From assembly GCA_963824385.1 (NCBI GenBank), contig CAWGPD010000001.1, positions 192,001 through 256,000 on the forward strand: 64,000 bases of DNA. Direction: 5' to 3'. Below are positions 42,665 to 53,203 of this stretch, piece by piece (positions within the stretch are counted from its first letter, which is position 1; every line of letters begins with the position of its first letter). Below the pieces are notes generated by a model. That model had not been told where the DNA came from. It ran no database searches and saw only the letters and a list, made by a program, of their open reading frames with translations. The DNA is from an uncultured Nitrososphaerota archaeon (lineage in GTDB: Archaea; Thermoproteota; Nitrososphaeria; Nitrososphaerales; Nitrosopumilaceae). Both the position numbers and the translations under genes were made by a program.

Positions 42665-42671
42665 TGGTACA
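42665..42671 (-). promoter_or_regulatory. TGTACCA motif upstream of the TATA of the pentapeptide gene
   Basis: 37 nt from the ATG at 42628. Confidence 0.6.
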
Positions 42672-42856
42672 ACTATCGAAAATAAATTCCAATTCCAATT
42701 TCATGGAATATACCATACTTGTGTAATTATATTTGCAAGGAGAAATCTGCGAAAGATGTTTAATTTAGGAAATAAAGTCTACAAACATACTGGTACTAAT
42801 TTCAATGGTACTTGTTGAAAAATAAAAAAGAATTGGTTATGGTAAAAAAATAGTTT

Positions 42857-43894
42857 TTACCCAATTACGTTCATAAATCCAGTGGCAATAGAGAACGTTG
42901 ATGTGTATCTTTCGTTGTTTTTACTAAGATCTACAGTCGTGAGCACTTGTGTTGACAAGAGCAAAGTCAGTTACTCCATAAGGATTTGCCGACTCTGTTG
43001 TTTGTGCAGGATGACCATTATTATCTCCCATGTAAGGAGCGTCTGCATCTGTTTTCAAACCAATGTCAAAGTGGTATACGCACATGCCAAGTGTTTTGGG
43101 ACTTGATATGTGATTTAGATACTGCATTGTTGATGCCTCCATTGTAAAGACTCCTCCGTCTATGATTCCTTGATAGAGTCTAAGGTCTGGAGTTCCATCT
43201 GATTCACACGGTAATACCATTGCCATGTGTCCATGGGTAGTGTACCAAGGTGTGGTATCTGCCAAGTCCAAGAATGTGCCAGGCTTTAGGGATTACTCCT
43301 GCAAGATGGAACCATTCTTCAGTTGGGACTCCACCATTTCCAGGTAGAGACGATAGTCCTGCTGATGGGACGTTCCATCCATCAGTGTAGTTACCTTGTG
43401 TGTAACCTCTTACTGGTGCAACATCACAGTCGCCATAGTATCCTATTCCATTTTGCACCCAACATGGATGATTTACATCCAATCCCATCATGTTTGGATA
43501 GTTCATGTTAACTATGCCTACATCCATCTCCATCAGTGGTATTCTGCTGGGCACACCATCCTGTAAATGATGAAGCTTGCAGTACAGAGGATGGCGGGTT
43601 GTTTGGATATGATGCCATGTCGTAGATGAATGTGTCTCCAGGACCTCTTGTTGGTGAGTCTGATGGTAGAGTTGTCATCATACACATGTGAGGATTTCCA
43701 TTTAGACCAGTTGTGAAATAACTTGGTGGCGGTGCTGTCGTAGTCGGTGGATTAAATGGTGTTGGTGCTGCGATATATGGTGCTTGAAAGCCATATGCAG
43801 AGGTCATTGTCTGACCAGAACCTGCCATTCCCAATCCGACTATTACTGCAATTGCCACAATTGCAGTCGTCGATTTTCGTTGTTGAAAATTCAT
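42857..43894 (-). CDS. Secreted Met/His/Cys-containing protein (split by ~3 frameshifts)
   Basis: Signal peptide; successive ORFs join; DLADTTP...GHMAMVLPC...MCVYHFD. Confidence 0.65.
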
Positions 43895-43930
43895 TAAATC
43901 TCTTGTTGATACTTTTTATTTTAAACATTA

Positions 43931-43937
43931 TGGTACA
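43931..43937 (-). promoter_or_regulatory. TGTACCA motif upstream of TATA
   Basis: 37 nt from the ATG at 43894. Confidence 0.6.
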
Positions 43938-44070
43938 AAAGTAGAATGATTTTTTGCATTGCTGCCAGTAAAAGTTACTGTGTTATCGGCACAATCAATT
44001 AATTTGTCTGACATTTGCAAGGACAAGTCTTCGAAAGACGTTTAATTTACCAGATAGAGTCTAAGATTGT

Positions 44071-45183
44071 TTGAAAAAATATCTTGGATTAATTCTGGTA
44101 GGAGTTTTGGCAATACAGGTGCTGAGTATCTCCCAAGTGTTTGCAGTATACCCATGCGATAGCCCATACTGCCCATATACTCCACCTGGTTTTCAAACGG
44201 AGGACTTTAAATTAAAATCAAATCCTGTCATATGTGAAATAGAGCCAAATGATACAAGATTTCCAAATCTTGCACAGACTGTAATCACTACAACTCATCA
44301 AGCTGTAAAAAATTGGACAACTCTTCTAAACAGTGATGCTGAAAAAAATTCCACATGGGATATAGATGAGATAATAATTCCTCCAGGTGATAAGACAAAT
44401 CTAGACCCTGCATGCAACATTGCCATCGTATATGAAAGTCAGGAGCTTGACTATTGTGGTCAGGTGTTTAATGGAGTGTATTTTCCCTGCGGTCAAATAT
44501 TTAATGGAAAATCAATTCTCAATCCAGATATAGGGACTTCTCTTATTCTCATCCCATATCTTATGCCAATATACGGCAAGCAGTGTGAATATGAAAAAAA
44601 TGGCACCGTCTATGATTCCATATGTCGTTCCCAGCAAGAGATTGAGAGTCATTCAAGTCTTTTGAAAGCAATCCAGCACGAGATGGGCCATTCCATGGGG
44701 CTTGGACATTTCATTGCAAACTCGCAAGACGAGGTGGACAGGTGGTTTGCAGGAACTCAATCTGTTCCGTCTATAATGGTCTCAGGACAAGAGGGATACA
44801 TGGAGTATGCCAAAGTTACTCCACTTGATGCAAGCCAAGTTCGGGACATATATGGAAAAAATGGATTTAAAGAAATTAGTACGGTGGACGTACAGAATTC
44901 ATCCAGTCTTAGATTACAAATTCAATCACATGTTCCATCATGGATAAAAAATGTGACAGATTTGTGGTTGCAAGAAAAGATTACTGATTTGGAATTTGAG
45001 GACTGTATAAAATATCTCCCATGGCAGGGAGTAATTTCAATTCATAATACCATACCTTCTTCATCGATGATACAAGAGATTCCTTCATGGGTTAAAGACA
45101 TTGTAAAATGGTGGAGTATTGGTCAAACTGACGACACTTACTTTACAAGCATAGCACAGTGGATAATACAGACTAGAGTATGA
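44071..45183 (+). CDS. Secreted matrixin-like (metzincin) zinc metalloprotease with two PxWxK C-terminal repeats
   Basis: HEMGHSMGLGH; SIM Met-turn; VPSWIK/IPSWVK. Confidence 0.85.
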   Translation: MKKYLGLILVGVLAIQVLSISQVFAVYPCDSPYCPYTPPGFQTEDFKLKSNPVICEIEPNDTRFPNLAQTVITTTHQAVKNWTTLLNSDAEKNSTWDIDEIIIPPGDKTNLDPACNIAIVYESQELDYCGQVFNGVYFPCGQIFNGKSILNPDIGTSLILIPYLMPIYGKQCEYEKNGTVYDSICRSQQEIESHSSLLKAIQHEMGHSMGLGHFIANSQDEVDRWFAGTQSVPSIMVSGQEGYMEYAKVTPLDASQVRDIYGKNGFKEISTVDVQNSSSLRLQIQSHVPSWIKNVTDLWLQEKITDLEFEDCIKYLPWQGVISIHNTIPSSSMIQEIPSWVKDIVKWWSIGQTDDTYFTSIAQWIIQTRV

Positions 45184-45389
45184 AATCATCCCTTTTTAAA
45201 AGAAAATATACCCAATTTGGAACCAGCATTTTAGTATCATCCATTCAATGGTCAAAAAATATACCACTATTGTATTTTTAGTTAAACCCTGGCAGAGGAT
45301 GCTAGTCATATCTGCCAGAGTCATCGTTATGATGAACAACGATACACTATGTTTAGACATAATCATACTTGTTCAAATAATAAAGAGAT

Positions 45390-45412
45390 TGGTACATTCA
45401 TCTATTGTACCA
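45390..45412. promoter_or_regulatory. Palindromic operator TGGTACA-N9-TGTACCA
   Basis: Perfect 7-9-7 inverted repeat. Confidence 0.75.
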
Positions 45413-45495
45413 TAAATTTTCAAATAGAATAATAGAGTTACACAGTCAAAATATACATTAAACTAAAATAATAAAAAATAATTTCCAGAATAGAA

Positions 45496-45582
45496 TTAAT
45501 TTTTGTCTCTTTTTAGAAACGAAAACCATTTTCTTTTGGGTTTTTCTTTAGGCATAGTAGGTTGTTTGTCTTCCATAAACAT
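45496..45582 (-). CDS. Candidate 28-aa basic peptide
   Basis: MFMEDKQPTMPKEKPKRKWFSFLKRDKN directly downstream of TATA and the operator at 45611. Confidence 0.35.
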   Translation of the reverse strand: MFMEDKQPTMPKEKPKRKWFSFLKRDKN

Positions 45583-45610
45583 AATGTGGTTTTAATTTTA
45601 ATAACATCGT

Positions 45611-45633
45611 TGGTACATTCGGTAATTGTACCA
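45611..45633. promoter_or_regulatory. Palindromic operator TGGTACA-N9-TGTACCA
   Basis: Perfect 7-9-7 inverted repeat. Confidence 0.75.
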
Positions 45634-45805
45634 GACTTGTTTTATCTCACAACATATTATCTTCCAATAACTGGAATGTCATAGCCATATTTGCCATCGA
45701 GTAAATTGCTATTCATAAATGACATTCCAGTATATTTTTTTAAATATCGGAGAACAAAAAATTATTTCCCATTGTTTCAAGATATTAATTTTTATTTTTG
45801 TAACA

Positions 45806-45828
45806 TGGTACATTTCTCGATTATACCA
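45806..45828. promoter_or_regulatory. Palindromic operator TGGTACA-N9-TATACCA
   Basis: 7-9-7 inverted repeat with one mismatch. Confidence 0.7.
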
Positions 45829-45949
45829 TTTTCCTTATTACGTCATATGCATCATTTAAGATAAGGACGACAAAACCACGCCAGACCATATCGAGCCATG
45901 TGGTTCTCGTCTTTTTTTATTTTACAAAAAATTAGTGTTCAAGTCCAGA

Positions 45950-46423
45950 TTAGTGGACTATCACAACAGGGCAAGGAGAATTCTCCAGTACATGACGGCT
46001 GACACTTCCAAGAATTTTTATTTTATTTATGCCTCGCAGTCCCTGGCTGCCCATAATTATGAGACCATTTTTGTTTGTTCTTGGCATGATCAAGTATGGC
46101 TTTAGCAGGATTGTCTGATACTACTTTGTAGCTTGCCTTTACGCCCTTATTTTGGCAATATGCCTCACAATCTTGCATAAATCCATGGGCTTCGCTTACT
46201 GCCTTTTTTGCAAATTCATCAATTGCCTTGGATGCACTCTTGCCTTTGATTGCACCTGAGAGAACTACCCCCGCAGGTCGTGCCGTAGATGCACTCACAG
46301 ACTGCTAAGAGTTCAATCTCAGAATCAAGTCTTTTGGAGATCTCGATTGCTTCGTCTAGTGCTCTTTTAGAATACTCTGAATCCATCCAGTGGAACAAGT
46401 ATGCTAGAATAACTTTTTACCAT
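45950..46423 (-). CDS. Universal stress protein (several frameshifts)
   Basis: YSSILVPLDG..YSKRAL.EA; PAKAILD; IMGS.G; LGSVSRHVLENSPCPVVIVH pieced across frames. Confidence 0.75.
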
Positions 46424-46489
46424 AAACTAAAGTCAAGTTTTAGTCTATTATAAACATTGAAGAATATCATTTTTGATAATATAAAAAGG

Positions 46490-46792
46490 CTAGTTTTGTT
46501 GCTTGTTTCGTGTAATTGCAATAACTGCAATTACAATACCTGCAATGCCAATACCAATTCCAGTCATGCTTATCATGTATAGTGTATCAATACTATTCTT
46601 TACGTCCTGGAAAGATTGTGCCACATGTGAATAACTCTGGGCAGCACTATTGGCAGTATTTTTTGCATCGTTGATTTCGCCAGTCAGTTGGTCTATAACA
46701 TTTTGTGATGTCTGTGCAGATGCATGATGAATCAAATTAGACATTCCAACAAAACACAATGCAAGAACAAAAGTTAAAATTATAATTTTCAT
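46490..46792 (-). CDS. Exported coiled-coil protein with C-terminal TM anchor
   Basis: Signal peptide; C-terminal GIGIGIAGIVIAVIAI; TGTACCA motif 38 nt upstream (46830). Confidence 0.75.
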   Translation of the reverse strand: MKIIILTFVLALCFVGMSNLIHHASAQTSQNVIDQLTGEINDAKNTANSAAQSYSHVAQSFQDVKNSIDTLYMISMTGIGIGIAGIVIAVIAITRNKQQN

Positions 46793-46852
46793 GTGTTATC
46801 AAAAAACGCCAATTTTCTTAAATATGTTTTGGTACAAGATCAAAATAAAATC

Positions 46853-47496
46853 CTAAAAGTTAAGAAAACCCCTAGTCTTTGCAGTCACTGCAATTACACT
46901 TACTATAGCAATTACAAGAACTAGTGATGCAATAGGACCAAATTCTGGTACTGCATTGTTTGACATGCTAGATTCATGTTGCCAGACATGTTCATCGAAT
47001 TTGTACTAGTCATGTTCATGGCATTCATGCTACCAGACATTGGTGGAAAATAATAACTGTCCTTGGCTTCAACTTCTTGCATTGGATATGTAGTAGATGG
47101 AACGGCTGTTCCGTTTATTGTACCCTGAATTATAACATTATAGGTTCCAGCTTGTGAGGGTATCAGGGCAGAGACATACAGTCCTGGAGTGTCATCACTT
47201 GCCTCAAAGTCTAGAGTCTTTGTCTGACCACCATATTGTATAGTGACAGTCATGTTGTTTAGTGCATTACCAACAATGGGTGCTGCTTGGTCAGTAGTTC
47301 CGTTATACACGTAGACGTCAACCTCATTCAAGTCTCCAACAAACGGCGGTTCATTTAACCAGCCTATTTTTACCGATAAATTTGGTGAAAAGTTCTTTAG
47401 GATATGTGCCTCTGCTGGATGAATAGCATACGGACCAACAATAACTACAACCAAAGCAAGTATAGCTGGGATTATTATTTTTCTATTCATGTCCAC
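46853..47496 (-). CDS. YtkA-like Ig surface protein with predicted mature His1, Met-rich linker and PEFG-CTERM (frameshift near 46970)
   Basis: AEA|HILK; GW.NEPP; PGLY...IP...GTY; MSGSMNAMNM...; the other frame gives VPEFGPIASLVLVIAIVSVIAVTAK. Confidence 0.8.
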
Positions 47497-47508
47497 TTGT
47501 CTCCATTA

Positions 47509-47967
47509 TCAAGGAAAGTTATACTTGTCCTTGGCTTCAACTTCTTGCATTGGATAAATGGTAGAGGGAATGGTCACTCCATCTATGGTTCCTTTGATTA
47601 TGGTATTGTATGTTCCAAGTTGTGTTGGAATTACAGCTGCACTATACAATCCAGGTGTATCATCACTTGCATCAAAACTGAGTACCTTGGTCTGACCACC
47701 ATATTGTACGGTTATGGTCATGTTATCAAGACCGTTACCTGCAATTGGAGGAGCAGAGTCATCAGTGCCGTTGTAAAGATAAACATCAATCTGATTTGTA
47801 TCACCAACAAGCGGAGGTTCATTCTCCCAGCCGATTTTTACTGAAACATTTGGTGCAAAGTTCTTCAAGATGTGCGCCTCTGCTGGATGAATAGCATATG
47901 GTGCAACAATAACTGCAACTATCGCAAGTAAGACTGGAATGATAATTTTTTTGGTGTTCATTTTCAT
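47509..47967 (-). CDS. Tandem paralog of the YtkA-like His1 protein, without Met-rich tail or anchor
   Basis: Highly similar to the 47496 gene up to YPMQEVEAKD.Y.FP, then stop. Confidence 0.85.
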   Translation of the reverse strand: MKMNTKKIIIPVLLAIVAVIVAPYAIHPAEAHILKNFAPNVSVKIGWENEPPLVGDTNQIDVYLYNGTDDSAPPIAGNGLDNMTITVQYGGQTKVLSFDASDDTPGLYSAAVIPTQLGTYNTIIKGTIDGVTIPSTIYPMQEVEAKDKYNFP

Positions 47968-48005
47968 AATTAGTAAATATGCCGAATATTTGAATATATA
48001 GATTA

Positions 48006-48052
48006 TGGTACAACCCCAGAATACCGCAAAATTCTGTTTTGCGTTTGTACCA
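48006..48052. promoter_or_regulatory. Divergent promoter region with outward-facing half-sites TGGTACA (48006) and TGTACCA (48046)
   Basis: Each half-site lies just upstream of a TATA box serving the 47967(-) or 48101(+) gene. Confidence 0.65.
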
Positions 48053-48100
48053 ATAGGATATTAAATTTTAAATGCATACCAAGGAGTAGAATGTTGTATT

Positions 48101-51082
48101 ATGAGTTTTAAAAGTAGCATGTCGTCAAAGCCTTCAAATAAAATAATTTTTTCAGTATTTGTCTCATTGTTTATTTTGGCAATAATTTCAGGCATTCCAA
48201 AATCATATGAACACGCATTTGTCATAGACAGCAACCCCGCACCTGCTACATCAGTAAATACAGTTCCAGCACAGATTGAGATAGAGTTTGTCGACCCAAT
48301 CGACATGCGATATAGTCAGATCAAGGTATTGGATTCAAACGGCAAGGCAATACAAAATAATGATTGGCATTTTTTAAATGACGAGCATACAAAGACTGCA
48401 GTCACCCTTCCACCTGATACTCCAAATGGCATTTACACAGTTTACACCAAAGTACTTGATGCGACAGACGGTCATACAACTACAAATGCATTTGTCTTTG
48501 CAATAGGACAGCCAATACCTGCAAGTCTTTTGAATGCAAAAACAAACATTAGTTTTGCAGATATCGTATCCATTCCAGATAGCATTGCAAGATACCCGAC
48601 ACTTTTAGGACAGATAATTGTCGTGGGAGCTGTCTTCTCAACATTTTGGTTATGGAGACCAGTTTCTAGAATTCCTGCATTAAATGATGCAACAAAATTA
48701 ATGCGCTCAAAGATCGACATGAGCACAACCAAGATTGTACTGATTGGTTCCATTATAATTCTGATAGGAGATGTAGCAATGATTGCATCTGAAGCTTCGT
48801 CAATAAATTCCGGCATACTAGAAGCAATGGGCACTACATTTGGAAATTTATGGATTGTAAGAATGGTACTATCATTAGCATTGTTTGGAATTGCTTTATC
48901 GTTATACCTTAAACAAAAAAAATCAAACACAAATTTATCAAAAGGTCAGATAATTATTTTATTTGCATTAGGAATTGCAGTACTTACCACTACTACTTTG
49001 ATAAGCCATGGTGCGGCAAGCGGTAAGTTAGCTGCTGCGATACTTGATTTTGTACACAATGTGGTAGCATCATTATGGATTGGAAGTGTCATTTACTTGG
49101 CATTTATTGCAGTTCCGCAATTAAAAAAAGTACAAGACGAAAAAAGCAGCATGTCAGTTTTGTCATTAATCATACCCCAATTTTCTACAATAGTTGTTGC
49201 ACTTTTAGGGTTAGTAGTTATCACAGGGCCGTTTCTGCTCTATGTACTTGAGAACAATCTTTCATTGACTCTAGCATCAATATACGGTGAGATTCTCATC
49301 ATCAAACTCTCACTGGCTGCCGCAATGATAGGAATCGGGGCTTTTAATCAGAATGTAATTTACAGAAATGCGCTCAAAGCAGTAATATCATCACAGATTA
49401 CGAAAGGTTCCACAATGCCCAAGGATTACGAGGCTAGAAGTACAGGAAGTTCAGTTCTTGCCAAGTTTAACAAGAGCATAAAGATCGAGGCAATGATAGG
49501 GCTGGCTTTGATTGCATCAATTGCAGTATTGGCAGATTCTGGACTTCCAGCTATTCAATTCCAAGATGAATTAGTACAACAGCAACAGCAGATTCCGCAT
49601 GTCTTTGCATTTACCCCACTGGAGAGCCTAGTTCAAAACAAGTTTACCGAGACAAGTTTTACAGATAATGGAAATATCATACTAACTGCAGACCCGTTCT
49701 TTGCAGGACAAAATAATATTACAATATCATTTGTGGATTCAAAAAATAATCCAATTGATATCAACTCTACAAAGATTACACTAAACCAAGTAGACAAGGG
49801 AATTGGCCCAATTGCAGTCAATGATGCAGTAAAGATATCTCAGGGAGTATTTTCTGTCAACACTGCAGCTCTTGCAATACCGGGACACTGGGAAGCACAA
49901 GTAGAAGGATTAACAACAACAACTGGCGCACTAAACGTTGTTACAAACTTTAATGACCTATATGTAAAACCAAATTTGAATCAGCTTCAAGCCAACATAA
50001 CTGAATTCAAATTGCCAGACAGCAAGGCCTTGCCGCTATATCCAACTTTTGATGTCATCAGAAATGCAATATGGGTTGGAGACTCTGAAATTAACAGTGG
50101 AAGAATATGGGAGTTTAATCTAGGCTCTAAACAATATACAGAGCACAAAATTAATGGAACCAATATCATCACTGGAACTGCAATGGACTTTGAGAACAAC
50201 GTATGGTATATTGATCCCATAACAAAGATTGTTGGACAATACATGCCAGATGACAAGACGGATAAGAAATATCACATTCCAGGAAATGGTACAGTATCAG
50301 GAATTGTTGTAGACAACTCAGATAATATCTGGTTAACGGTATCAAGTACTAGCGAGGTTCTAAAACTAGATACAAAAACAAAGACATTCCAGTCGATAAA
50401 GTTGCCAGATAATTCTGTGCCACTTGGTATCTCAATTGACCAGTCAACAGGTCAGGCATGGGTAGCAGAGAGTGGCTCTGGAAAGATTGCAAACATAGAT
50501 CCTGCACAAAACTACAAGATTACAGAGTACACTCCATTTAACAGCACACTTGCAAGTCCTACTACAATATTATTTGATTCAGTAACTAACCAGGTCTTTG
50601 TTTCAGAACATGACGGCAAGGCAGTATCATCTTTTGATCCGTTGCTCAAGAGTTTTAAAAAATACAACACAGACCCTCAAGGCTTACCGTTTGGCATGGC
50701 ATTTGATCCAAATCATGATCTATGGTTGGCACAGCACACTCTAAACAAAGTAGCAGTTATAGATACAAGAACTGGCAAGTATGCCGAATTTAACATACCA
50801 ACTCCATCATCATTTACGCAATGGATAACAGCTGACTCGCAAGGTGACATGATAATAGCAGAGCAACGTGCAAATGCACTTGGAATAATCACCACTAGTC
50901 TAAAGCCAGGATTTGTTGAAAATACCGAAACAAGTACAACGTTAGGGTTGCAATTAGGAGTAGGATATGCAGACGTGGCAGGTCCTGCAATTGTAGCAGG
51001 GCTAGTAGGTGTGGCCTTTTTCTATACCAAGAGTGTGATGGATCTCAGGGGCAGTATAAAACAGGTAAAGAAAAACTATTAG
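48101..51082 (+). CDS. Copper-uptake/resistance fusion: CopC + CopD + YtkA-like Ig + Vgb-like beta-propeller + C-terminal TM
   Basis: HAFVIDSNP...DGH (CopC); SHGAA, DFVH...SLWIG, YG..L.IK (CopD); GQNN.TI.F..PGHWE; propeller blades. Confidence 0.9.
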   Translation: MSFKSSMSSKPSNKIIFSVFVSLFILAIISGIPKSYEHAFVIDSNPAPATSVNTVPAQIEIEFVDPIDMRYSQIKVLDSNGKAIQNNDWHFLNDEHTKTAVTLPPDTPNGIYTVYTKVLDATDGHTTTNAFVFAIGQPIPASLLNAKTNISFADIVSIPDSIARYPTLLGQIIVVGAVFSTFWLWRPVSRIPALNDATKLMRSKIDMSTTKIVLIGSIIILIGDVAMIASEASSINSGILEAMGTTFGNLWIVRMVLSLALFGIALSLYLKQKKSNTNLSKGQIIILFALGIAVLTTTTLISHGAASGKLAAAILDFVHNVVASLWIGSVIYLAFIAVPQLKKVQDEKSSMSVLSLIIPQFSTIVVALLGLVVITGPFLLYVLENNLSLTLASIYGEILIIKLSLAAAMIGIGAFNQNVIYRNALKAVISSQITKGSTMPKDYEARSTGSSVLAKFNKSIKIEAMIGLALIASIAVLADSGLPAIQFQDELVQQQQQIPHVFAFTPLESLVQNKFTETSFTDNGNIILTADPFFAGQNNITISFVDSKNNPIDINSTKITLNQVDKGIGPIAVNDAVKISQGVFSVNTAALAIPGHWEAQVEGLTTTTGALNVVTNFNDLYVKPNLNQLQANITEFKLPDSKALPLYPTFDVIRNAIWVGDSEINSGRIWEFNLGSKQYTEHKINGTNIITGTAMDFENNVWYIDPITKIVGQYMPDDKTDKKYHIPGNGTVSGIVVDNSDNIWLTVSSTSEVLKLDTKTKTFQSIKLPDNSVPLGISIDQSTGQAWVAESGSGKIANIDPAQNYKITEYTPFNSTLASPTTILFDSVTNQVFVSEHDGKAVSSFDPLLKSFKKYNTDPQGLPFGMAFDPNHDLWLAQHTLNKVAVIDTRTGKYAEFNIPTPSSFTQWITADSQGDMIIAEQRANALGIITTSLKPGFVENTETSTTLGLQLGVGYADVAGPAIVAGLVGVAFFYTKSVMDLRGSIKQVKKNY

Positions 51083-51171
51083 AATAAATTTTTAATTAAA
51101 GAATTTGTCAAGTATAATTTTTTGTACAAAGTTCTTTAAACAATTTTTTAAAAATTAATCTAAAGACTCTG

Positions 51172-52158
51172 CTATCTGAACTTGGGCAGAGATCTTGCAA
51201 TAACAATTACAGAAACAAATGAAAGTATCACAAGCAGGAGAGGCATTGGAAACTCTGGTACTGCAGACGTATTTGATATTAATGGAATATTTAATCCAGA
51301 TATAAAATTAGGATGTATCTGCTCATGCACTATCATCATTACATCATCTCCGGATTGTTTTGTGTTGATATCTTGCTGTAATTGGCCAAAAGCAGTTTCA
51401 ATCTTGACAAGATAAGGAGATGCACTTGGCGGAGCCATCGATTTTACGTTTTCAAACATGGATTGAGCTGCAATTTCGAGTTGTTGAGAACTTTGATATG
51501 CTGGAGCATCAACAATCGTCATCTGAGTTCCTGTCATACTACCAGAACTTCCCATGTTCATTCCTGACATACCTTTCATTCCTGACATACCACTCATTCC
51601 AGACATGCTACCAGAACTTCCCATACTCATGTTATTCATATTCATATTTGCCATATTAGTGAGATCTTCTTTTGAGCCAATTGCATCAGCATAATCTATT
51701 AGTACTTGATTTAGGACATCAAGTGTTGCAAGAGATTGTATAGTTGCATTATTTTGCACAGAACTTGAAATTTCTGAAGCTTCGACTTGATCCAAAAGTT
51801 GATTCAGTACAACTGAATTTTGTGATGCAATAGTGAGGTCAGGGTTAGCACTGCCAGACATGGAATACAAATTATTAATTGCCGATGAAAGACTATTAGC
51901 CAAAGTTGCGTTTTGTTGAGTAAGTGTATTCATTTCATTTATCCCCCAATATTCTTGACTTTTTGAAATATGCCAGTTGGCAGTTTTACTGTCAGAAATA
52001 CTATTAGCAATAAGAGTTGATTCTACCTTGAATTCTTGGATTTTTGCAATAAGATCTGCATCGGAATTTTTTACAAAATTATGAGCAAATACAGGATGAA
52101 CAAACATCATTCCCACAAGTCCAATTACCATTAACGATACAACAATTTTCTTTGCCAA
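51172..52158 (-). CDS. Surface protein with predicted mature His1, Met/Gly/Ser-rich loop and PEF-type anchor
   Basis: VFA|HNF; MANMNMNNMSMGSSGSMSGMSGMSGMKGMSGM; MMIVHEQIHP; VPEFP + TM. Confidence 0.85.
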   Translation of the reverse strand: MAKKIVVSLMVIGLVGMMFVHPVFAHNFVKNSDADLIAKIQEFKVESTLIANSISDSKTANWHISKSQEYWGINEMNTLTQQNATLANSLSSAINNLYSMSGSANPDLTIASQNSVVLNQLLDQVEASEISSSVQNNATIQSLATLDVLNQVLIDYADAIGSKEDLTNMANMNMNNMSMGSSGSMSGMSGMSGMKGMSGMNMGSSGSMTGTQMTIVDAPAYQSSQQLEIAAQSMFENVKSMAPPSASPYLVKIETAFGQLQQDINTKQSGDDVMMIVHEQIHPNFISGLNIPLISNTSAVPEFPMPLLLVILSFVSVIVIARSLPKFR

Positions 52159-52195
52159 ACTATGACAGTATATTCAAAATAATATTAAAATGTAA

Positions 52196-52242
52196 TGGTA
52201 CAATCTTCGAATATTACAAATTTTAGCCTCAATCTTGGTACA
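52196..52242. promoter_or_regulatory. Two TGGTACA half-sites (52196, 52236)
   Basis: The first is 38 nt from the TTG start at 52158. Confidence 0.55.
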
Positions 52243-52349
52243 GCATTTACACCCATATCCACAATCCTTGGATTAATCCCAATCCACTTGTCTTGATTGT
52301 GGCATATTTTTTGTACATCATACATAATAATAAGGAAAAAAATAATGTG

Positions 52350-52493
52350 ATGGTAATGAAAAATCTTGTATGTGGAATGGAAGTAACCGAAAAGAAACAC
52401 ATGACAAAATACAATGGAAAAGACTTTCTCTTTTGTTGTGCCCATTGCAAAACAACTTTTGAAAAAAATCCAAAGCAATTTGTTAAAGAATAA
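52350..52493 (+). CDS. Stand-alone YHS/TRASH metal-binding domain protein
   Basis: LVCGMEV...YNGKDFLFCCAHCK..FEKNP. Confidence 0.85.
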   Translation: MVMKNLVCGMEVTEKKHMTKYNGKDFLFCCAHCKTTFEKNPKQFVKE

Positions 52494-52683
52494 CATTGAG
52501 GGTCATCATCCATCACGATGTTGTTTCTTATTTGACTAGAGAGAGACATCTCAATCATATGCTGCAATAACATTTGCAATAAATACACATTTGTTGTACA
52601 ATGAAGATTTACTTCATAGTTCAAATTCAAATACGATATCCTCCTATGATATTTTTATACAAGTTATGCGAAGAAGAGGTGAG

Positions 52684-52935
52684 ATGGGTCACCACAGCCT
52701 TGCTGATAACATAATGATGCTTGTGATGTCAGTTGCAATGCTTACAATGGTAATGTCAATGTTAATCATGGGAGTCAATTGGTCCATAGTACTCCTAATT
52801 CTATCAGGAGTATTGACAGCTGTAACAACTGTCTTTTATTCATTCCAGTCTGCCAGATGTATGTGTGGAACCAATCAATACAATAAGCAATCAAACAAAG
52901 CGATATCTGACGCTACATGTGATTGTCCTAAGTGA
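52684..52935 (+). CDS. Small Met-rich 2-TM protein with CxC motifs
   Basis: MGHH...IMMLVMSVAMLTMVMSMLIMG; CMC and CDC in the tail. Confidence 0.6.
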   Translation: MGHHSLADNIMMLVMSVAMLTMVMSMLIMGVNWSIVLLILSGVLTAVTTVFYSFQSARCMCGTNQYNKQSNKAISDATCDCPK

Positions 52936-53082
52936 AAAATGATGAATAAATATAGCACATGCGATTCAACGATATAACATTTGTAAGTCAAGAAAAAACT
53001 ACATGATGTAGATATTCCAGTTTTAAAAAATGGTACCATCCCAGGAATTTTACTAAATGAGGAGTAATATCAAACATCAATG

Positions 53083-53178
53083 TCATTGTACTTTTGTGTC
53101 AAAGTTAGTATCTCCAGAATATTTTGCAGAAAGTGTATGAGTTCCAATCAATAATGACGAGGAGGACATTGTAGTCAT
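53083..53178 (-). pseudogene. Remnant of a bacterial Ig-like (Big_3-type) domain gene
   Basis: SSLLIGTHTLSAKYSGDTNF matches the GTH.ITA.YSGD.NF signature. Confidence 0.45.
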
Positions 53179-53203
53179 ATGAGTACTAGTTCGAATCGGA
53201 GTG

